The notes: generated by a model from the sequence alone, not told the origin. Counted from the first letter of the stretch, positions 1-10,109 are shown. The stretch is 64,000 nt of DNA from an uncultured Alphaproteobacteria bacterium (GCA_943787445.1 CALSML010000001.1:57408-121407); one strand, 5' to 3'. A program made the numbers and translations.

Positions 1-2541
1 AACGATCCTGTAATCTCCTGGCCTCTCGCGCTGCGGCTGGCACGACGCGAGTTACGCGGCGGCACCCGCGGGTTCCGCATCTTCATCGCTTGTCTGGCTC
101 TGGGCGTGGCAGCCATCGCCGCTGTCGGATCGACCCGCGCGATGCTGGAAGAAAGCATCAGCACGGATTCACGCGAAATTCTGGGCGGGGACCTGCTCAT
201 CGACATTGTTCATCGTCCGGCCACACCGGACGAACGGAGCGCCATGGACGAATCCGGCATCGTTGCCGCCAGCGCTGAAATGCGGGCCATGGCGCGCGCC
301 GAGAATGCACGGGCCACCCGCACGCTGGTTGAACTCAAAACCGTTGAAGACACCTATCCCCTTTATGGCGCGCTCGAAACCGCACCGGCCCTGCCGCGGG
401 CGGCCCTGCTGGATCAAAGCAACGGCCTCTGGGGCGCGGCCGCCGCACCGGAGCTTCTCACCCGGCTCGGGATATCCGTGGGCGATGTTCTGCAGATCGG
501 CGACGCCCGTTTTGAGGTGCGCGCCGCCATCCGTCAGGAGCCGGACCGGGTCGGCGGGTCCGGGCTGTTCTCGCTCGGCCCCCGGGTTCTGATCTCCGCC
601 GCCGCCCTGCCCGACACCGCACTGGTCCAGCCGGGAAGTCTGATCCACTACAACTATCGGGTTCGCCTGCCCGCCAATGTCCCAGCGGGCGATTTCATCG
701 AGACCCTGAACACCGATTTCCCTGACGCCGGCTGGCGCATCCGGACCCTGGATGAATCCTCGCCGCAACTGACCCGGCTGATCGGCCGGGTCACCCTGTT
801 TCTCTCCTTTGTCGGCCTGACCGCCCTGCTGGTCGGCGGGGTTGGTGTCGCCAATGCCGTACGCGCCTGGCTGGAAGGCAAAACGGGCTCCATCGCCACC
901 CTGAAATGTATCGGTGCGCCACGGGCGCTTGTCTTCCGGGTCTATCTTCTGCAGGTGCTCGCGCTGGCGATGCTCGGCATCACAGCCGGCCTGGTCGGCG
1001 GTGCGGCGCTGCCCATGGTGGCGGCCGACCTGCTGGCGCGGGTGGTGCCCATCCGGATTGCGACCGGTCTGTTCCCCGAACCGCTTGCCATCGCAGCCCT
1101 GTTCGGTCTGCTGACGGCGCTGACATTCTCCGTCTGGTCGATCGCGCGCGCCGGTGACGTTCCCGCGGGCAGCCTGTTTCGCACGCTGGTGGATCCAAGC
1201 CGGGGATGGCCCCGCCTTCCCTACATATTGTTCACCGCCGTGCTCGCGGCCGCTCTGGCGGCACTTGCGATCCTCACGGCCTCGGATGCGTGGTTTGCCA
1301 GCTGGTTCGTGGCCGGTTCCATTGGCGCCATGATCGCATTCCGGCTGGCCGCATTCGGCATCGCCAGATTCGCTGCCCGCCTGACCGGTATCCGCCATCC
1401 CGCCATGCGACTGGCGCTTGCTGGACTGCACCGGCCCGGCGCGCCGACCGCTTCGGTGGTCCTGTCTCTGGGTCTGGGCCTGTCGATGCTGGTCACGGTG
1501 GCGACCATCGAAGGCAATCTGTCCCAACAGATTGCCGAGGAACTGCCCGCCGATGCGCCGGCCTTCTTCTTCGTCGATATCCAGCCCGACCAGATCGCTC
1601 CCTTCGGCACAATCATCGGCGACATCCCCGGTGTGACGCGCAGCGAGCAAGTCCCCATGCTGCGGGGGCGAATCACCGCCATTGATGGCGTGCGCGCCGC
1701 CGACGCCACCGTCGCACCGGACGCCCGCTGGGTTCTGCGTGGCGATCGCGGCATCACTTGGGCCAGCGCAGCACCGGCCCACAACAAGATCATGACCGGC
1801 GAATGGTGGCCGGCCGACTACACCGGAGAAATGCTGGTCAGTCTTGATCACCGCATCGCTCTCGGGCTGGGGCTGACAATCGGCGAAACAATCACGGTCA
1901 ACATCCTCGGACGGGAGTTCACCGCAACCATTGCCAACACCAGACAGATCAACTGGCAACGGCTGTCGATCAACTTCGTGATGGTCTTTTCCCCCGGTGT
2001 GCTGGAATCAGCGCCCCGCATGCACATTGCCGTGGTGCATGCCGATGAAGCCACCGAAGACAGGCTCGAACGCGCAGTGACCGACCGGTTTGCCAATGTG
2101 ACATCGATCCGGGTGCGCGGGGCGCTCGAAACCGTAGGCGCCCTGATCAGCAATGTCGGCACCGCGGTGCGCCTGACCGCCCTGATCACGATTCTGGCCG
2201 GAACACTGGTCCTGTCCGGGGCCATCGCGGCCGGCCACCGGCGCCGCATCTATGACCGCGTGGTTCTGAAGGTCCTCGGTGCGACCCGCCGTGATATCGT
2301 CACGGCCTATATGCTGGAATACGGCCTGCTGGGGCTGGTCACCGCCATCATCGCGGCGATTGTCGGCAGCGTGACCGGGTGGGCCGTGGTGACCTGGATG
2401 CTGAGTATCACCTGGCGTCTGGAACCCGGCGCCATTCTGGTCACGACGGTGATTGCCACCTTGATCACCATCGGCGCCGGACTGGTTGGCACATGGCGTG
2501 CGATGGGGCAGAAAGCAGCACCATGGTTGCGCAACGAATAA
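1..2541 (+). CDS. ABC transporter permease, FtsX-like family (YbbP-like). It is 5'-partial: the frame is open from base 1, with N-terminal LALRLARRELRGG...FRIFIACLALGVAAIA upstream of the listed Met.
   Basis: Frame 1 is open from the window start. The N-terminal motif and multi-TM FtsX-type repeat architecture are typical of YbbP-type permeases, and the 811+ aa length fits. Confidence 0.75.
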   Translation, partial: NDPVISWPLALRLARRELRGGTRGFRIFIACLALGVAAIAAVGSTRAMLEESISTDSREILGGDLLIDIVHRPATPDERSAMDESGIVAASAEMRAMARAENARATRTLVELKTVEDTYPLYGALETAPALPRAALLDQSNGLWGAAAAPELLTRLGISVGDVLQIGDARFEVRAAIRQEPDRVGGSGLFSLGPRVLISAAALPDTALVQPGSLIHYNYRVRLPANVPAGDFIETLNTDFPDAGWRIRTLDESSPQLTRLIGRVTLFLSFVGLTALLVGGVGVANAVRAWLEGKTGSIATLKCIGAPRALVFRVYLLQVLALAMLGITAGLVGGAALPMVAADLLARVVPIRIATGLFPEPLAIAALFGLLTALTFSVWSIARAGDVPAGSLFRTLVDPSRGWPRLPYILFTAVLAAALAALAILTASDAWFASWFVAGSIGAMIAFRLAAFGIARFAARLTGIRHPAMRLALAGLHRPGAPTASVVLSLGLGLSMLVTVATIEGNLSQQIAEELPADAPAFFFVDIQPDQIAPFGTIIGDIPGVTRSEQVPMLRGRITAIDGVRAADATVAPDARWVLRGDRGITWASAAPAHNKIMTGEWWPADYTGEMLVSLDHRIALGLGLTIGETITVNILGREFTATIANTRQINWQRLSINFVMVFSPGVLESAPRMHIAVVHADEATEDRLERAVTDRFANVTSIRVRGALETVGALISNVGTAVRLTALITILAGTLVLSGAIAAGHRRRIYDRVVLKVLGATRRDIVTAYMLEYGLLGLVTAIIAAIVGSVTGWAVVTWMLSITWRLEPGAILVTTVIATLITIGAGLVGTWRAMGQKAAPWLRNE

Positions 2542-2559
2542 CGTTTCAGGGGAAGACGT

Positions 2560-3363
2560 GTGACAAACAACGACCGCGACGACCAGATACCGATTGAGCC
2601 ACGGCCGCCGCTCCACCCGCCCAGGGTTCACACCATGAGCATGGGGCATATTCCGCTGACATTTCTGGTCACCGGCTCGGCCTCGTTCATCTATGCCGTT
2701 GCCTTTGGCCTCGGCAATGCACCACCCACCGCCAGCATGATTATCCTGATCATCCTGCTGGTTCTCTCGGCACTGGCGCCAAAGTCCAGGACATCGGCAA
2801 AGATCACCGATGAAGGACCGGCATTTGCACGGACCCTGACAACCGGCACCCGCTTCACCCTCGTCCGGGTGGCGATCACCTGCCTGCTGGGCGGGCTGGC
2901 CATCCTGCCCACAGCCAGCGACCAGCCGACCGCCGTGTTGTGGTCGCTTGTGGTCTTCGGGATGGGGGCTGCTTTGCTGGAAACCAGCGACAACTGGCTG
3001 GCCCGGATCACCGGCTCGCGCAGCCTCTACAGTGATCGTTTGAGCAACATGACCGGTGCCTTTTTCGCGCTCATACTAGCCTTGCTGCCGATGCAGCTGG
3101 GCCTGATCGACAACAGGGTGATCGCCGCCGGGGTGCTCGGCTTTGCGGATGTGGCCCTGTCACAACGCGGCGCAAAAGGTGAAACACCCCTCTGGCAGAT
3201 CTGGAGCCGGCTGCTTGCACGCGGACTGATGCTCGCCATTCTGGTTCCGCTCAGCCCCGATTGGACACCCCCGGTTCTGGCCGGTCTGGCCAGTCTGATC
3301 CTGTTCTACCATGTGGTTCTGGCCCTTCGGACGCAGAAGAACCCGGCGAAACCGCAAAACTGA
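2560..3363 (+). CDS. Hypothetical integral membrane protein
   Basis: Long ORF with several hydrophobic segments and coding-like GC3. No recognised motif. The start codon is uncertain. Confidence 0.4.
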   Translation: MTNNDRDDQIPIEPRPPLHPPRVHTMSMGHIPLTFLVTGSASFIYAVAFGLGNAPPTASMIILIILLVLSALAPKSRTSAKITDEGPAFARTLTTGTRFTLVRVAITCLLGGLAILPTASDQPTAVLWSLVVFGMGAALLETSDNWLARITGSRSLYSDRLSNMTGAFFALILALLPMQLGLIDNRVIAAGVLGFADVALSQRGAKGETPLWQIWSRLLARGLMLAILVPLSPDWTPPVLAGLASLILFYHVVLALRTQKNPAKPQN

Positions 3364-3499
3364 TCGATTTCAGGCATTTACTTCACTGAAATCACGAAAA
3401 ATCCAACGGGTTCCCGGTTGATTTGAACCGGGAGCCATCCCATATTTGCATCACAGACTTGAAGTTTAAGCAGGGGAGCCCCGAAAGGGACACAACACC

Positions 3500-4246
3500 A
3501 TGGCGAACGAATTCAATCGCGAGTCGGTCATACAGGGCCGCACCGCATCCGACGCACAGATCGATGAGGGCCTCCGGTCCTATATGCTGCGTGTCTACAA
3601 CTACATGACCATTGGTCTCGTACTCACGGGCCTGACGGCCTATGTGGTCTCGAGCACACCGGCACTGTTGCAGCTGTTCTATGCACAGAACGCGCTGGGT
3701 CAGCTTCAGCCGACCATGCTGGCCTATGTGGCGATGTTCTCGCCATTCGCCTTCATACTGGCTCTGAGTTTTGGCATTCAGCGCATGAGCGCCTCAACGG
3801 CACAGCTCGTATTCTGGCTATTCGCGGCTGTCATGGGTCTGTCGATGTCCCACATCTTCCTGACCTTCACAGGAGCCAGCATCACACGGGTGTTTTTCAT
3901 CACGGCCTCCACATTCGCCGCAATGAGCCTGTATGGATACACCACAAAGCGTGATCTTTCGGGCCTGGGATCATTCCTTTTCATGGGACTGATCGGCATC
4001 ATTCTGGCGAGCATCGTGAATATTTTCATCGGTTCCACGGTGATGCAGTTCGCGATTTCCGTGATTGGTGTTCTGGTCTTCGTTGGTCTCACCGCCTACG
4101 ACACCCAGAAAATCAAGGAAATGTATGACGAGCTCGACGGGTCCGAAGTCGCCGGCAAAAAGGCGATCATGGGCGCATTGCGGCTCTATCTCGATTTCAT
4201 CAACCTGTTCATGATGCTGCTGCACCTGTTCGGCAATCGCGAATAG
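3500..4246 (+). CDS. yccA: Bax inhibitor-1/YccA family membrane protein (FtsH modulator family)
   Basis: The N-terminus (MANEFNRESV...DEGLRSYMLRVYNYMTIGLVLTGLTAYVV) and seven hydrophobic segments are typical of BI-1/YccA. A GGAG-type RBS lies upstream. Confidence 0.8.
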   Translation: MANEFNRESVIQGRTASDAQIDEGLRSYMLRVYNYMTIGLVLTGLTAYVVSSTPALLQLFYAQNALGQLQPTMLAYVAMFSPFAFILALSFGIQRMSASTAQLVFWLFAAVMGLSMSHIFLTFTGASITRVFFITASTFAAMSLYGYTTKRDLSGLGSFLFMGLIGIILASIVNIFIGSTVMQFAISVIGVLVFVGLTAYDTQKIKEMYDELDGSEVAGKKAIMGALRLYLDFINLFMMLLHLFGNRE

Positions 4247-4265
4247 ACGCACAAAATCACACACT

Positions 4266-4302
4266 ACCAAACGCCCGGGCCATGTCCCGGGCGTTTTCTT
4301 TT
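4266..4302 (+). terminator. Rho-independent terminator after the yccA-like gene
   Basis: Perfect GC-rich hairpin aaacgcccggg-ccatgt-cccgggcgttt followed by ttttcttttggg. Confidence 0.8.
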
Positions 4303-4352
4303 GGGCGCGCGCGCGTCAATATCCGTGTAAGAAACAAATATCGGAGGGAACC

Positions 4353-5117
4353 ATGTCCGGCCTGAAAGACAAGATCGTGATACTGACCGGTGCAAGCCGG
4401 GGTATTGGCGCCGCAGTAGCACGGGAAATGGCCCCCGATGGGCCACACCTCATTTTGTGCGCGCGCACAGCAGAAGCCTGTGAAGAAACCCAGGCCGCTG
4501 TCGAAGCCCTTGGGGCCACACCCGAATGCCACGGCTTCGAAGTCGCGGACACAGAAGTCACGAAAGCCTTCATCGATGACGTGGTGGCCCGCCATGGCCA
4601 TGTCGATGTGTTGATCAACAATGCCGGGCTGGGTTTCATGGGCTCCGTCCAGGACGTGCCACCGCCAGCCTATCATGAAGTCCTGCAGGTCAACGTGCTG
4701 GGGCCCTACAACCTGATCGCCGCAGTTCTGCCCCACATGACCGCGCGAGATTCCGGCACCATCATCAACGTGACAAGCGCACGCGCCTTCATCCCGGACC
4801 GGTACTACGCGGCCTATTGCTCTTCCAAGGCCGCCCTGCTTTCGATGACCCAGTGCCTGCACTACGATCTGGAAGATTCCGCGGTCCAGATATTCGCCCT
4901 GTCACCAGGTTTCACTCAGACCGACATGGTGGAAGCCATCTATTCCAACAGCGAATTCCGTGCCGCCGCCCTGACCCCCGATCAGGGGCAACCCCCTGAA
5001 CGTCCGGCCAAGGTTCTGGCCTGGCTGGCCCGGGAGGCCCCGGCTGATCTGGCTGGCCAGCACAACCAGATTCAGTTCAACGATCTGACCCGCCGCGCCG
5101 GGATCGAAAACGTCTAG
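4353..5117 (+). CDS. SDR family NAD(P)-dependent oxidoreductase
   Basis: N-terminal TGASRGIG cofactor motif, an NNAG motif, and a SxnY...K-type catalytic region. Confidence 0.85.
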   Translation: MSGLKDKIVILTGASRGIGAAVAREMAPDGPHLILCARTAEACEETQAAVEALGATPECHGFEVADTEVTKAFIDDVVARHGHVDVLINNAGLGFMGSVQDVPPPAYHEVLQVNVLGPYNLIAAVLPHMTARDSGTIINVTSARAFIPDRYYAAYCSSKAALLSMTQCLHYDLEDSAVQIFALSPGFTQTDMVEAIYSNSEFRAAALTPDQGQPPERPAKVLAWLAREAPADLAGQHNQIQFNDLTRRAGIENV

Positions 5118-5201
5118 CGACCCGAGACATGTCAGTTCTGTCATGAACCCGCGACGTTCTTTCGTCGACATGCTCGACCATCACCCGGGCAGTCTTCCGC
5201 C

Positions 5202-6332
5202 GTGCTGGCCGGAAAGGCGCTGCATCAGGCCTGTGTACTGATGCAGGCCGATGGCGGCGTGCTGTATCTGCTGCGTCACGAGCAGGGGAAAACTAGTCTC
5301 GTCCGGGCGGCTGCCCTGCCCGAATTAGCAGATCAGCCCGACAACATTCCGATCGACCGCCCAGCCATTTCGACAATCGTTGCCCAGACAGGTTCGACCT
5401 TGAAGTTCGATGATGCCACCGCCACCGAAGCGACGGCCATGATCGATCCGGATACGGATTTGCCCCCGGGCATGGAGTCAGGCGCGATTGCAGCCTTCGC
5501 CCTGACGAACCACGCCCGGGATGTGGTTGGCGTGGTGACCCTGAGCAACGATCTTTCCTCTGACCGCGCCTTTGCTCATGAATCCAAGGACCTGATCGCA
5601 CGCTTCAACCGGCTGGCCGGGGCCGCCGTGGAGCGCGCCGACCTGCTCGACCAGATCGGCCAGATTCGCTTTGACCCGACCGAGCGCAATGATCGCCTGC
5701 GCCGACAGGTCGAAAAACTGGCCTTCATCGAAGACATCGATGGCGTCCGCGGCGACGATGCCTTTCGCCTGGCAATTTCCATGCTCGCCCGCGCCGCGGA
5801 GATTTACGATGAAGGCACCGGCAATCATGTTTTCCGGGTGAACGAGTACAGCCACTTTCTGGGTCAGACCCTGGGGATGGATGCGAACTACTGCCACCAG
5901 CTGCGCTATTCGGCCCAGCTCCACGATGTGGGGAAAATCGGTGTCGCACCGGCCGTCCTGCGCAAGACCACCGCCCTCAATGCCGAAGAGCGCCGCGAAA
6001 TGGACAACCACACGGTCTATGGACACCGCATTCTCAGCCAGTCACCCCGTCTGGCGATGGCGGCCGAGATCGCTCTCAATCACCATGAAAAATGGGATGG
6101 CAGCGGCTATCCCGATGGCAAACGCGCCGACGAGATCCCGCTAGCAGCCCGCATCGTCCAGATCGCGGATATCTATGATGCGCTGCGGTCCCGGCGGCCC
6201 TACAAGCCATCCCTGGATCACGCCGAGGCCCGCAACATCATTCTGCATGGCGATGACCGGATCGACGTCGCCGGGCATTTCGACCCCCGGGTGGTCGAGG
6301 CCTTCGGCGACACCCATGAATCCTTCGACTAG
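5202..6332 (+). CDS. GAF domain / HD-GYP domain protein (putative c-di-GMP phosphodiesterase). GTG start.
   Basis: The C-terminal half has HDVGKIGV ... HHEKWDGSGYPDG, which is the HD-GYP signature. The N-terminal half is GAF-like. Confidence 0.75.
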   Translation: MLAGKALHQACVLMQADGGVLYLLRHEQGKTSLVRAAALPELADQPDNIPIDRPAISTIVAQTGSTLKFDDATATEATAMIDPDTDLPPGMESGAIAAFALTNHARDVVGVVTLSNDLSSDRAFAHESKDLIARFNRLAGAAVERADLLDQIGQIRFDPTERNDRLRRQVEKLAFIEDIDGVRGDDAFRLAISMLARAAEIYDEGTGNHVFRVNEYSHFLGQTLGMDANYCHQLRYSAQLHDVGKIGVAPAVLRKTTALNAEERREMDNHTVYGHRILSQSPRLAMAAEIALNHHEKWDGSGYPDGKRADEIPLAARIVQIADIYDALRSRRPYKPSLDHAEARNIILHGDDRIDVAGHFDPRVVEAFGDTHESFD

Positions 6333-6366
6333 ATCTGGTGCGACCTTCAGGACGCGTGACCGCCCC

Positions 6367-7419
6367 CTAATCTGTGGGTGACAGATTCGTGCCCACGCGT
6401 TTCTTCATCTCGCGCGGTTTGCGGTACACAGCCGAGGACCGCAGCACCGGCTCCCCATCGGCGTAGGAAATCGCCTCCACGAAATTTATCGTCCGGGTGC
6501 TCTTCACCAGACGCACATCGCATTCGACCCACTGGCCGGGATGGATCGGGGCCAGAAAATCCGCATCCAGATGGATCGTGGGCGTGAGCGCCACCACGCC
6601 GAGTTCGTAAAGCGCGGACTGGGCCATGGCCACATCCACGAAACTGGTCATCCAGCCGCCATGCACGACATTGCGGGGATTGAGGTGATGGGCCGCCACC
6701 CGGAAGCCGAACACCGCCTTCTTCTTCCCACACTTCACGAAGAGCGGGCCGTTGAGGCTGGTGAAGGGACTGGTGAAGGAGAATGGCTCGAACCCACGGG
6801 GCACCTTCACGGCGTTCTTCAGGCGGAACTCCATGTGGTCGAGACGGTCCGCACCCCAGAAGGTTTCTCCGTCCAGCACCATGAAGGGCGCGCCGAACAT
6901 ACCGTCACCGATCGCCCGGTCGAATGCCGCCGCCAGGGCTTTTTCTGCCTGCTTGTCGTTCTCGGCGGCCTTGATGTCTTTAATGGTCAACTGCACGCCC
7001 CGCGCCTTGCAGGCACTGGCGAGCTGGGTGGCCGTGCGAACTTCCTGTCCCGTGCCGAAATAGCGGTGATCGACGGCCTTTGCGAATTCCTTGGCCAGCT
7101 CCGGGTCCTTCCGGTTCAGGCGCCAGAAGACCAGCCGGTGCAGGGTTGCCCCATAAGGCGGCACTTTTGGCGGAAAGGGTGAGGCCACCGGCAGATTGTT
7201 CATCTCGCACAGGCGCGGCAGATCCTTTACATTGTGCGCGAACTTCGCGGCTTGATCGCGCGGGGAGATCACCTTGCGATGGGCCAGCACATCGGGCAAC
7301 GACACACAGTTCCACTCCACCTCCCGCCCCCAGCGTTTGGCGAGCGCTTCGATATTGTTCATCGCCACATAGGAATAGGCCGACACGAAATCGAAATAGA
7401 ACTTGATCGGGGTTGCCAT
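6367..7419 (-). CDS. Fusion protein: N-terminal DsbA-like 2-hydroxychromene-2-carboxylate isomerase domain plus C-terminal PaaI/hotdog thioesterase domain
   Basis: Begins MATPIKFYFDFVSAYSYV (HCCA isomerase/DsbA-like) with an RBS GGAG upstream. The C-terminus has HGGWMTSFVDVAM...PGQWVECDVRLVK (hotdog/PaaI-like). The start at 7419 was chosen over the upstream 7536 start. Confidence 0.65.
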   Translation of the reverse strand: MATPIKFYFDFVSAYSYVAMNNIEALAKRWGREVEWNCVSLPDVLAHRKVISPRDQAAKFAHNVKDLPRLCEMNNLPVASPFPPKVPPYGATLHRLVFWRLNRKDPELAKEFAKAVDHRYFGTGQEVRTATQLASACKARGVQLTIKDIKAAENDKQAEKALAAAFDRAIGDGMFGAPFMVLDGETFWGADRLDHMEFRLKNAVKVPRGFEPFSFTSPFTSLNGPLFVKCGKKKAVFGFRVAAHHLNPRNVVHGGWMTSFVDVAMAQSALYELGVVALTPTIHLDADFLAPIHPGQWVECDVRLVKSTRTINFVEAISYADGEPVLRSSAVYRKPREMKKRVGTNLSPTD

Positions 7420-7487
7420 GAAAATTCTCCAAAACCTGTATTCTGAAAGGCCTGTCTGTGCCGGGAGGCCGCCGAGCCGGAAGCTCT

Positions 7488-8642
7488 TCAGGCGTCCCGG
7501 TATTCGCTGATCTGAGGCTCGCGGCGCACCAGCCACCAGCCATATTGCTCGGGCCAGTCCGCAAATTCGGGGTCCGCACCCAGCTTGTGTGCGGCGTGCC
7601 GCCCCCAGTAGGGATCGAACAGGGCTTCGCGCCCGATCGCGACCAGATCGGCCTGCCCATCAGCGACAATCGTTTCGGCATGTTCGGCGTGGATCACCAG
7701 CCCGACCACCATGGTCGTGACATCCGCCTCTGTTCCGATACGCGAAGAATAGGCGGTGCGGAAGCCGAGTGGTGTTTTGCCCTGAGCGGCTGTGGCCGGC
7801 CCGGAGATCCCGCTCGACGAGCAATCGATCACATCAACACCGCGCGCCTTGAGTTCACCGACCAGAACGACGGAATCCTCAAGCTGCCAGCCCTCGGTCA
7901 CGCCGTCGGTGTCGACCGAGGAAATGCGCACGAAGAGCGGCTTGTCATCCGGCCAGACCGCGCGCACCTTCTCCGCCGTTTCCAGCGCAAAACGCATACG
8001 ACCGGCCCGGTCGCCGCCATAGGCATCATTGCGGTGGTTCGAAGTCGGCGAGAGGAAAGAATGAGAGAGATAGCCATGGGCGGAATGAATCTCGAGAACC
8101 TCAAACCCCGCATCGAGTGCGTGACCCGCGGCCGTGGCGAAGCGATCCTGAATGGCACCAATGTCCTCGATGGTGAGTTCACCGGGCATGATCCAGCCCT
8201 CGCGCACCGGTTCCGGACTGGGCGCAACAATCTCCCAGGGCATCTCGCCCCGTGCCGTGTCGCTGTCATCCATCGCCCCATTGCCGTGCCAGGGGCGCTG
8301 CATGCTCGCCTTGCGACCGGCATGGGCAATCTGGATCGCCGGCAGGGCGCCAAATCGGGCAATCGATGCCGTAACAGGCTTCAGCGCCCGGGCATGATCA
8401 GCCGACCAGATACCCAGATCGCCATGGGTAATCTTGCCACGCGGCTCCACCGCCGCAGCTTCGGTGAAGACGGCAGCCGCTCCGCCCATGGCGTATTGGC
8501 TGAGATGGATCATGTGCCAGTCACTGGCCAGACCGTCATCGGCGGAATAGGTGCACATGGGCGAAACCACGATGCGGTTCTTGAACGTGACACCACTGAC
8601 GGTCAGTGGAGAAAACAACGCGCTTGTCTGATGATCGGCCAC
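7488..8642 (-). CDS. NADH:flavin oxidoreductase, Old Yellow Enzyme family
   Basis: FSPLTVSGVTFKNRIVVSPMCTYSADDG...HMIHLSQYAMGGAA is typical of the OYE/YqjM N-terminus. A TIM-barrel-length ORF. Confidence 0.85.
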   Translation of the reverse strand: MADHQTSALFSPLTVSGVTFKNRIVVSPMCTYSADDGLASDWHMIHLSQYAMGGAAAVFTEAAAVEPRGKITHGDLGIWSADHARALKPVTASIARFGALPAIQIAHAGRKASMQRPWHGNGAMDDSDTARGEMPWEIVAPSPEPVREGWIMPGELTIEDIGAIQDRFATAAGHALDAGFEVLEIHSAHGYLSHSFLSPTSNHRNDAYGGDRAGRMRFALETAEKVRAVWPDDKPLFVRISSVDTDGVTEGWQLEDSVVLVGELKARGVDVIDCSSSGISGPATAAQGKTPLGFRTAYSSRIGTEADVTTMVVGLVIHAEHAETIVADGQADLVAIGREALFDPYWGRHAAHKLGADPEFADWPEQYGWWLVRREPQISEYRDA

Positions 8643-8709
8643 GGGTGATTCCTTCGTGAATGTAGAAGGGCAGAAGGAACCGGTTGGCCGGCCTGCCCTG
8701 TCCGATGCG

Positions 8710-9642
8710 TTACTGGGATGACGTCTTCAGCACCTTGAGCAGTTTGAGCAGGGTCGCATCCCGCTCTTCGGCGAGCTGACCGATCGAGCGGCCCCGCGCT
8801 TCGGCATCGATACCGTCGATGATCTTCTGTTTGACCGCATCGGTGAGTTCGGGATCACCCAGCGCCTCCCAGCGGCGCTCCTGGCTCGGGCCCAGAATGT
8901 CGAGATAGCGGGCAATGCCACCATCGCCGCCGCCCAGATGATAGGTCATATGCGGACCCATGAAGGCCCAGCGCAGCCCCGGCCCGCCGGTGATCGCCTT
9001 GTCGATATCCTCAACCGTGGCATAGCCCTCGGCGACCAGATGCACCGCCTCGCGATAGAGTGCGGCCTGCAGCCGATTGACCAGATGGCCGGGAATTTCC
9101 GCCCGCAATCGGATCGGAGTCTTGCCAACGGCTTCGTAGAATTCCATTGCCCTGTCGACAGCCCAGGTCTCGGTCAGCTTGCCGCCGCCCACTTCGACGA
9201 CGGGCATCAGATGCGGTGGGTTGAACGGATGACCCAGCACAATGCGTCCCGGATGGGCCGCCTTGTGCTGATACTCCGAAACCGGCAGAGCGGTGGAACT
9301 GGATGAAATCACGACTTCGGGCGCGGTATCACGGTCGATCTCCGCCATCAGATTGGCCTTGATCTCGGCATTCTCCGGGCCGCTTTCCTGCACGAACCCA
9401 ACGCCGTCCAGCGCCTCTCCGATCCGATCGAAACACTGTAGCCGGTCCAGTGCGGCACCGTCTGCGAGACCCAGTTCCTCCAGCAGCGGCCAGACCCGGA
9501 CAATCAGGGATGTCACATTTTCCGCATAGCCATCCATCGGATCCCAGCACCGGACATTCAGGCCCTGAGCCAGAAAATACGCCGCCCAGGATGACCCAAT
9601 GGTGCCCGCACCAATGATTCCGACGGTGGTTACAGTCTTCAT
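8710..9642 (-). CDS. 3-hydroxyacyl-CoA dehydrogenase family protein (L-carnitine dehydrogenase-like)
   Basis: GIIGAGTIGSSWA Rossmann motif at the N-terminus, the GHPFNPP motif, and the 3HCDH C-terminal domain. Confidence 0.75.
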   Translation of the reverse strand: MKTVTTVGIIGAGTIGSSWAAYFLAQGLNVRCWDPMDGYAENVTSLIVRVWPLLEELGLADGAALDRLQCFDRIGEALDGVGFVQESGPENAEIKANLMAEIDRDTAPEVVISSSSTALPVSEYQHKAAHPGRIVLGHPFNPPHLMPVVEVGGGKLTETWAVDRAMEFYEAVGKTPIRLRAEIPGHLVNRLQAALYREAVHLVAEGYATVEDIDKAITGGPGLRWAFMGPHMTYHLGGGDGGIARYLDILGPSQERRWEALGDPELTDAVKQKIIDGIDAEARGRSIGQLAEERDATLLKLLKVLKTSSQ

Positions 9643-9707
9643 GTCACGTGACCTCATAGGTTTGGGTCAGGCTGTACTGAAGCCTGGGACAACAAAACAT
9701 CTGCCAA

Positions 9708-10109
9708 TTATGACGCAACAGGCGTTCCGGCAATGCCGCTGCGAAGATCCTTGGCGGTGAAGAAATGACAATCCTCTTCGGGTGAGATTCTCACACTGTG
9801 AACAACATTCGCCGGGATATAGATGAGCTGTCCCGGACCAACTTCGGATTCCTGTCCATCGACCGTGGCGCTCAGATTGCCTTTGAGGATGTAGATCCAC
9901 TGTTCGTTGGGATGGGTGTGGGGCAGCGATGACTGTCCGGCGGGCAAGGTCATGATGCCCACCTGGGTCAGTTCGCCCTCGACCACCGGACCAAAGGTCT
10001 CGGCGTAACCGGGCCCGGCATCCAGACCCTGCAATTTGTCGACATCAAACACGTACGCGCCATTGCCGGCCTTGTAGGCACCTTCGGTCTTGGTTTGCGT
10101 GTCAGCCAT
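9708..10109 (-). CDS. Cupin domain protein
   Basis: Two-His cupin motifs (LPHTHPNEQWIYILKG ... PANVVHSV). RBS GGAGGAAAAAATG. Confidence 0.7.
   Translation of the reverse strand: MADTQTKTEGAYKAGNGAYVFDVDKLQGLDAGPGYAETFGPVVEGELTQVGIMTLPAGQSSLPHTHPNEQWIYILKGNLSATVDGQESEVGPGQLIYIPANVVHSVRISPEEDCHFFTAKDLRSGIAGTPVAS

Noticed and set aside
169-1959. 596-aa minus-strand ORF antisense to the FtsX permease gene
   Set aside because: Arg/Gly/Pro-rich low-complexity translation typical of an antisense frame in high-GC DNA. It is fully overlapped by a well-supported permease gene.
7420-7536. N-terminal 39-aa extension of the HCCA-isomerase fusion ORF (start at 7536)
   Set aside because: The internal Met (MATPIKF) has a GGAG RBS and matches family N-termini. 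The extension would overlap the OYE gene's 3' end.
7458-8648. 396-aa plus-strand ORF opposite the OYE gene
   Set aside because: Antisense artefact. The OYE reading frame has unmistakable family motifs.
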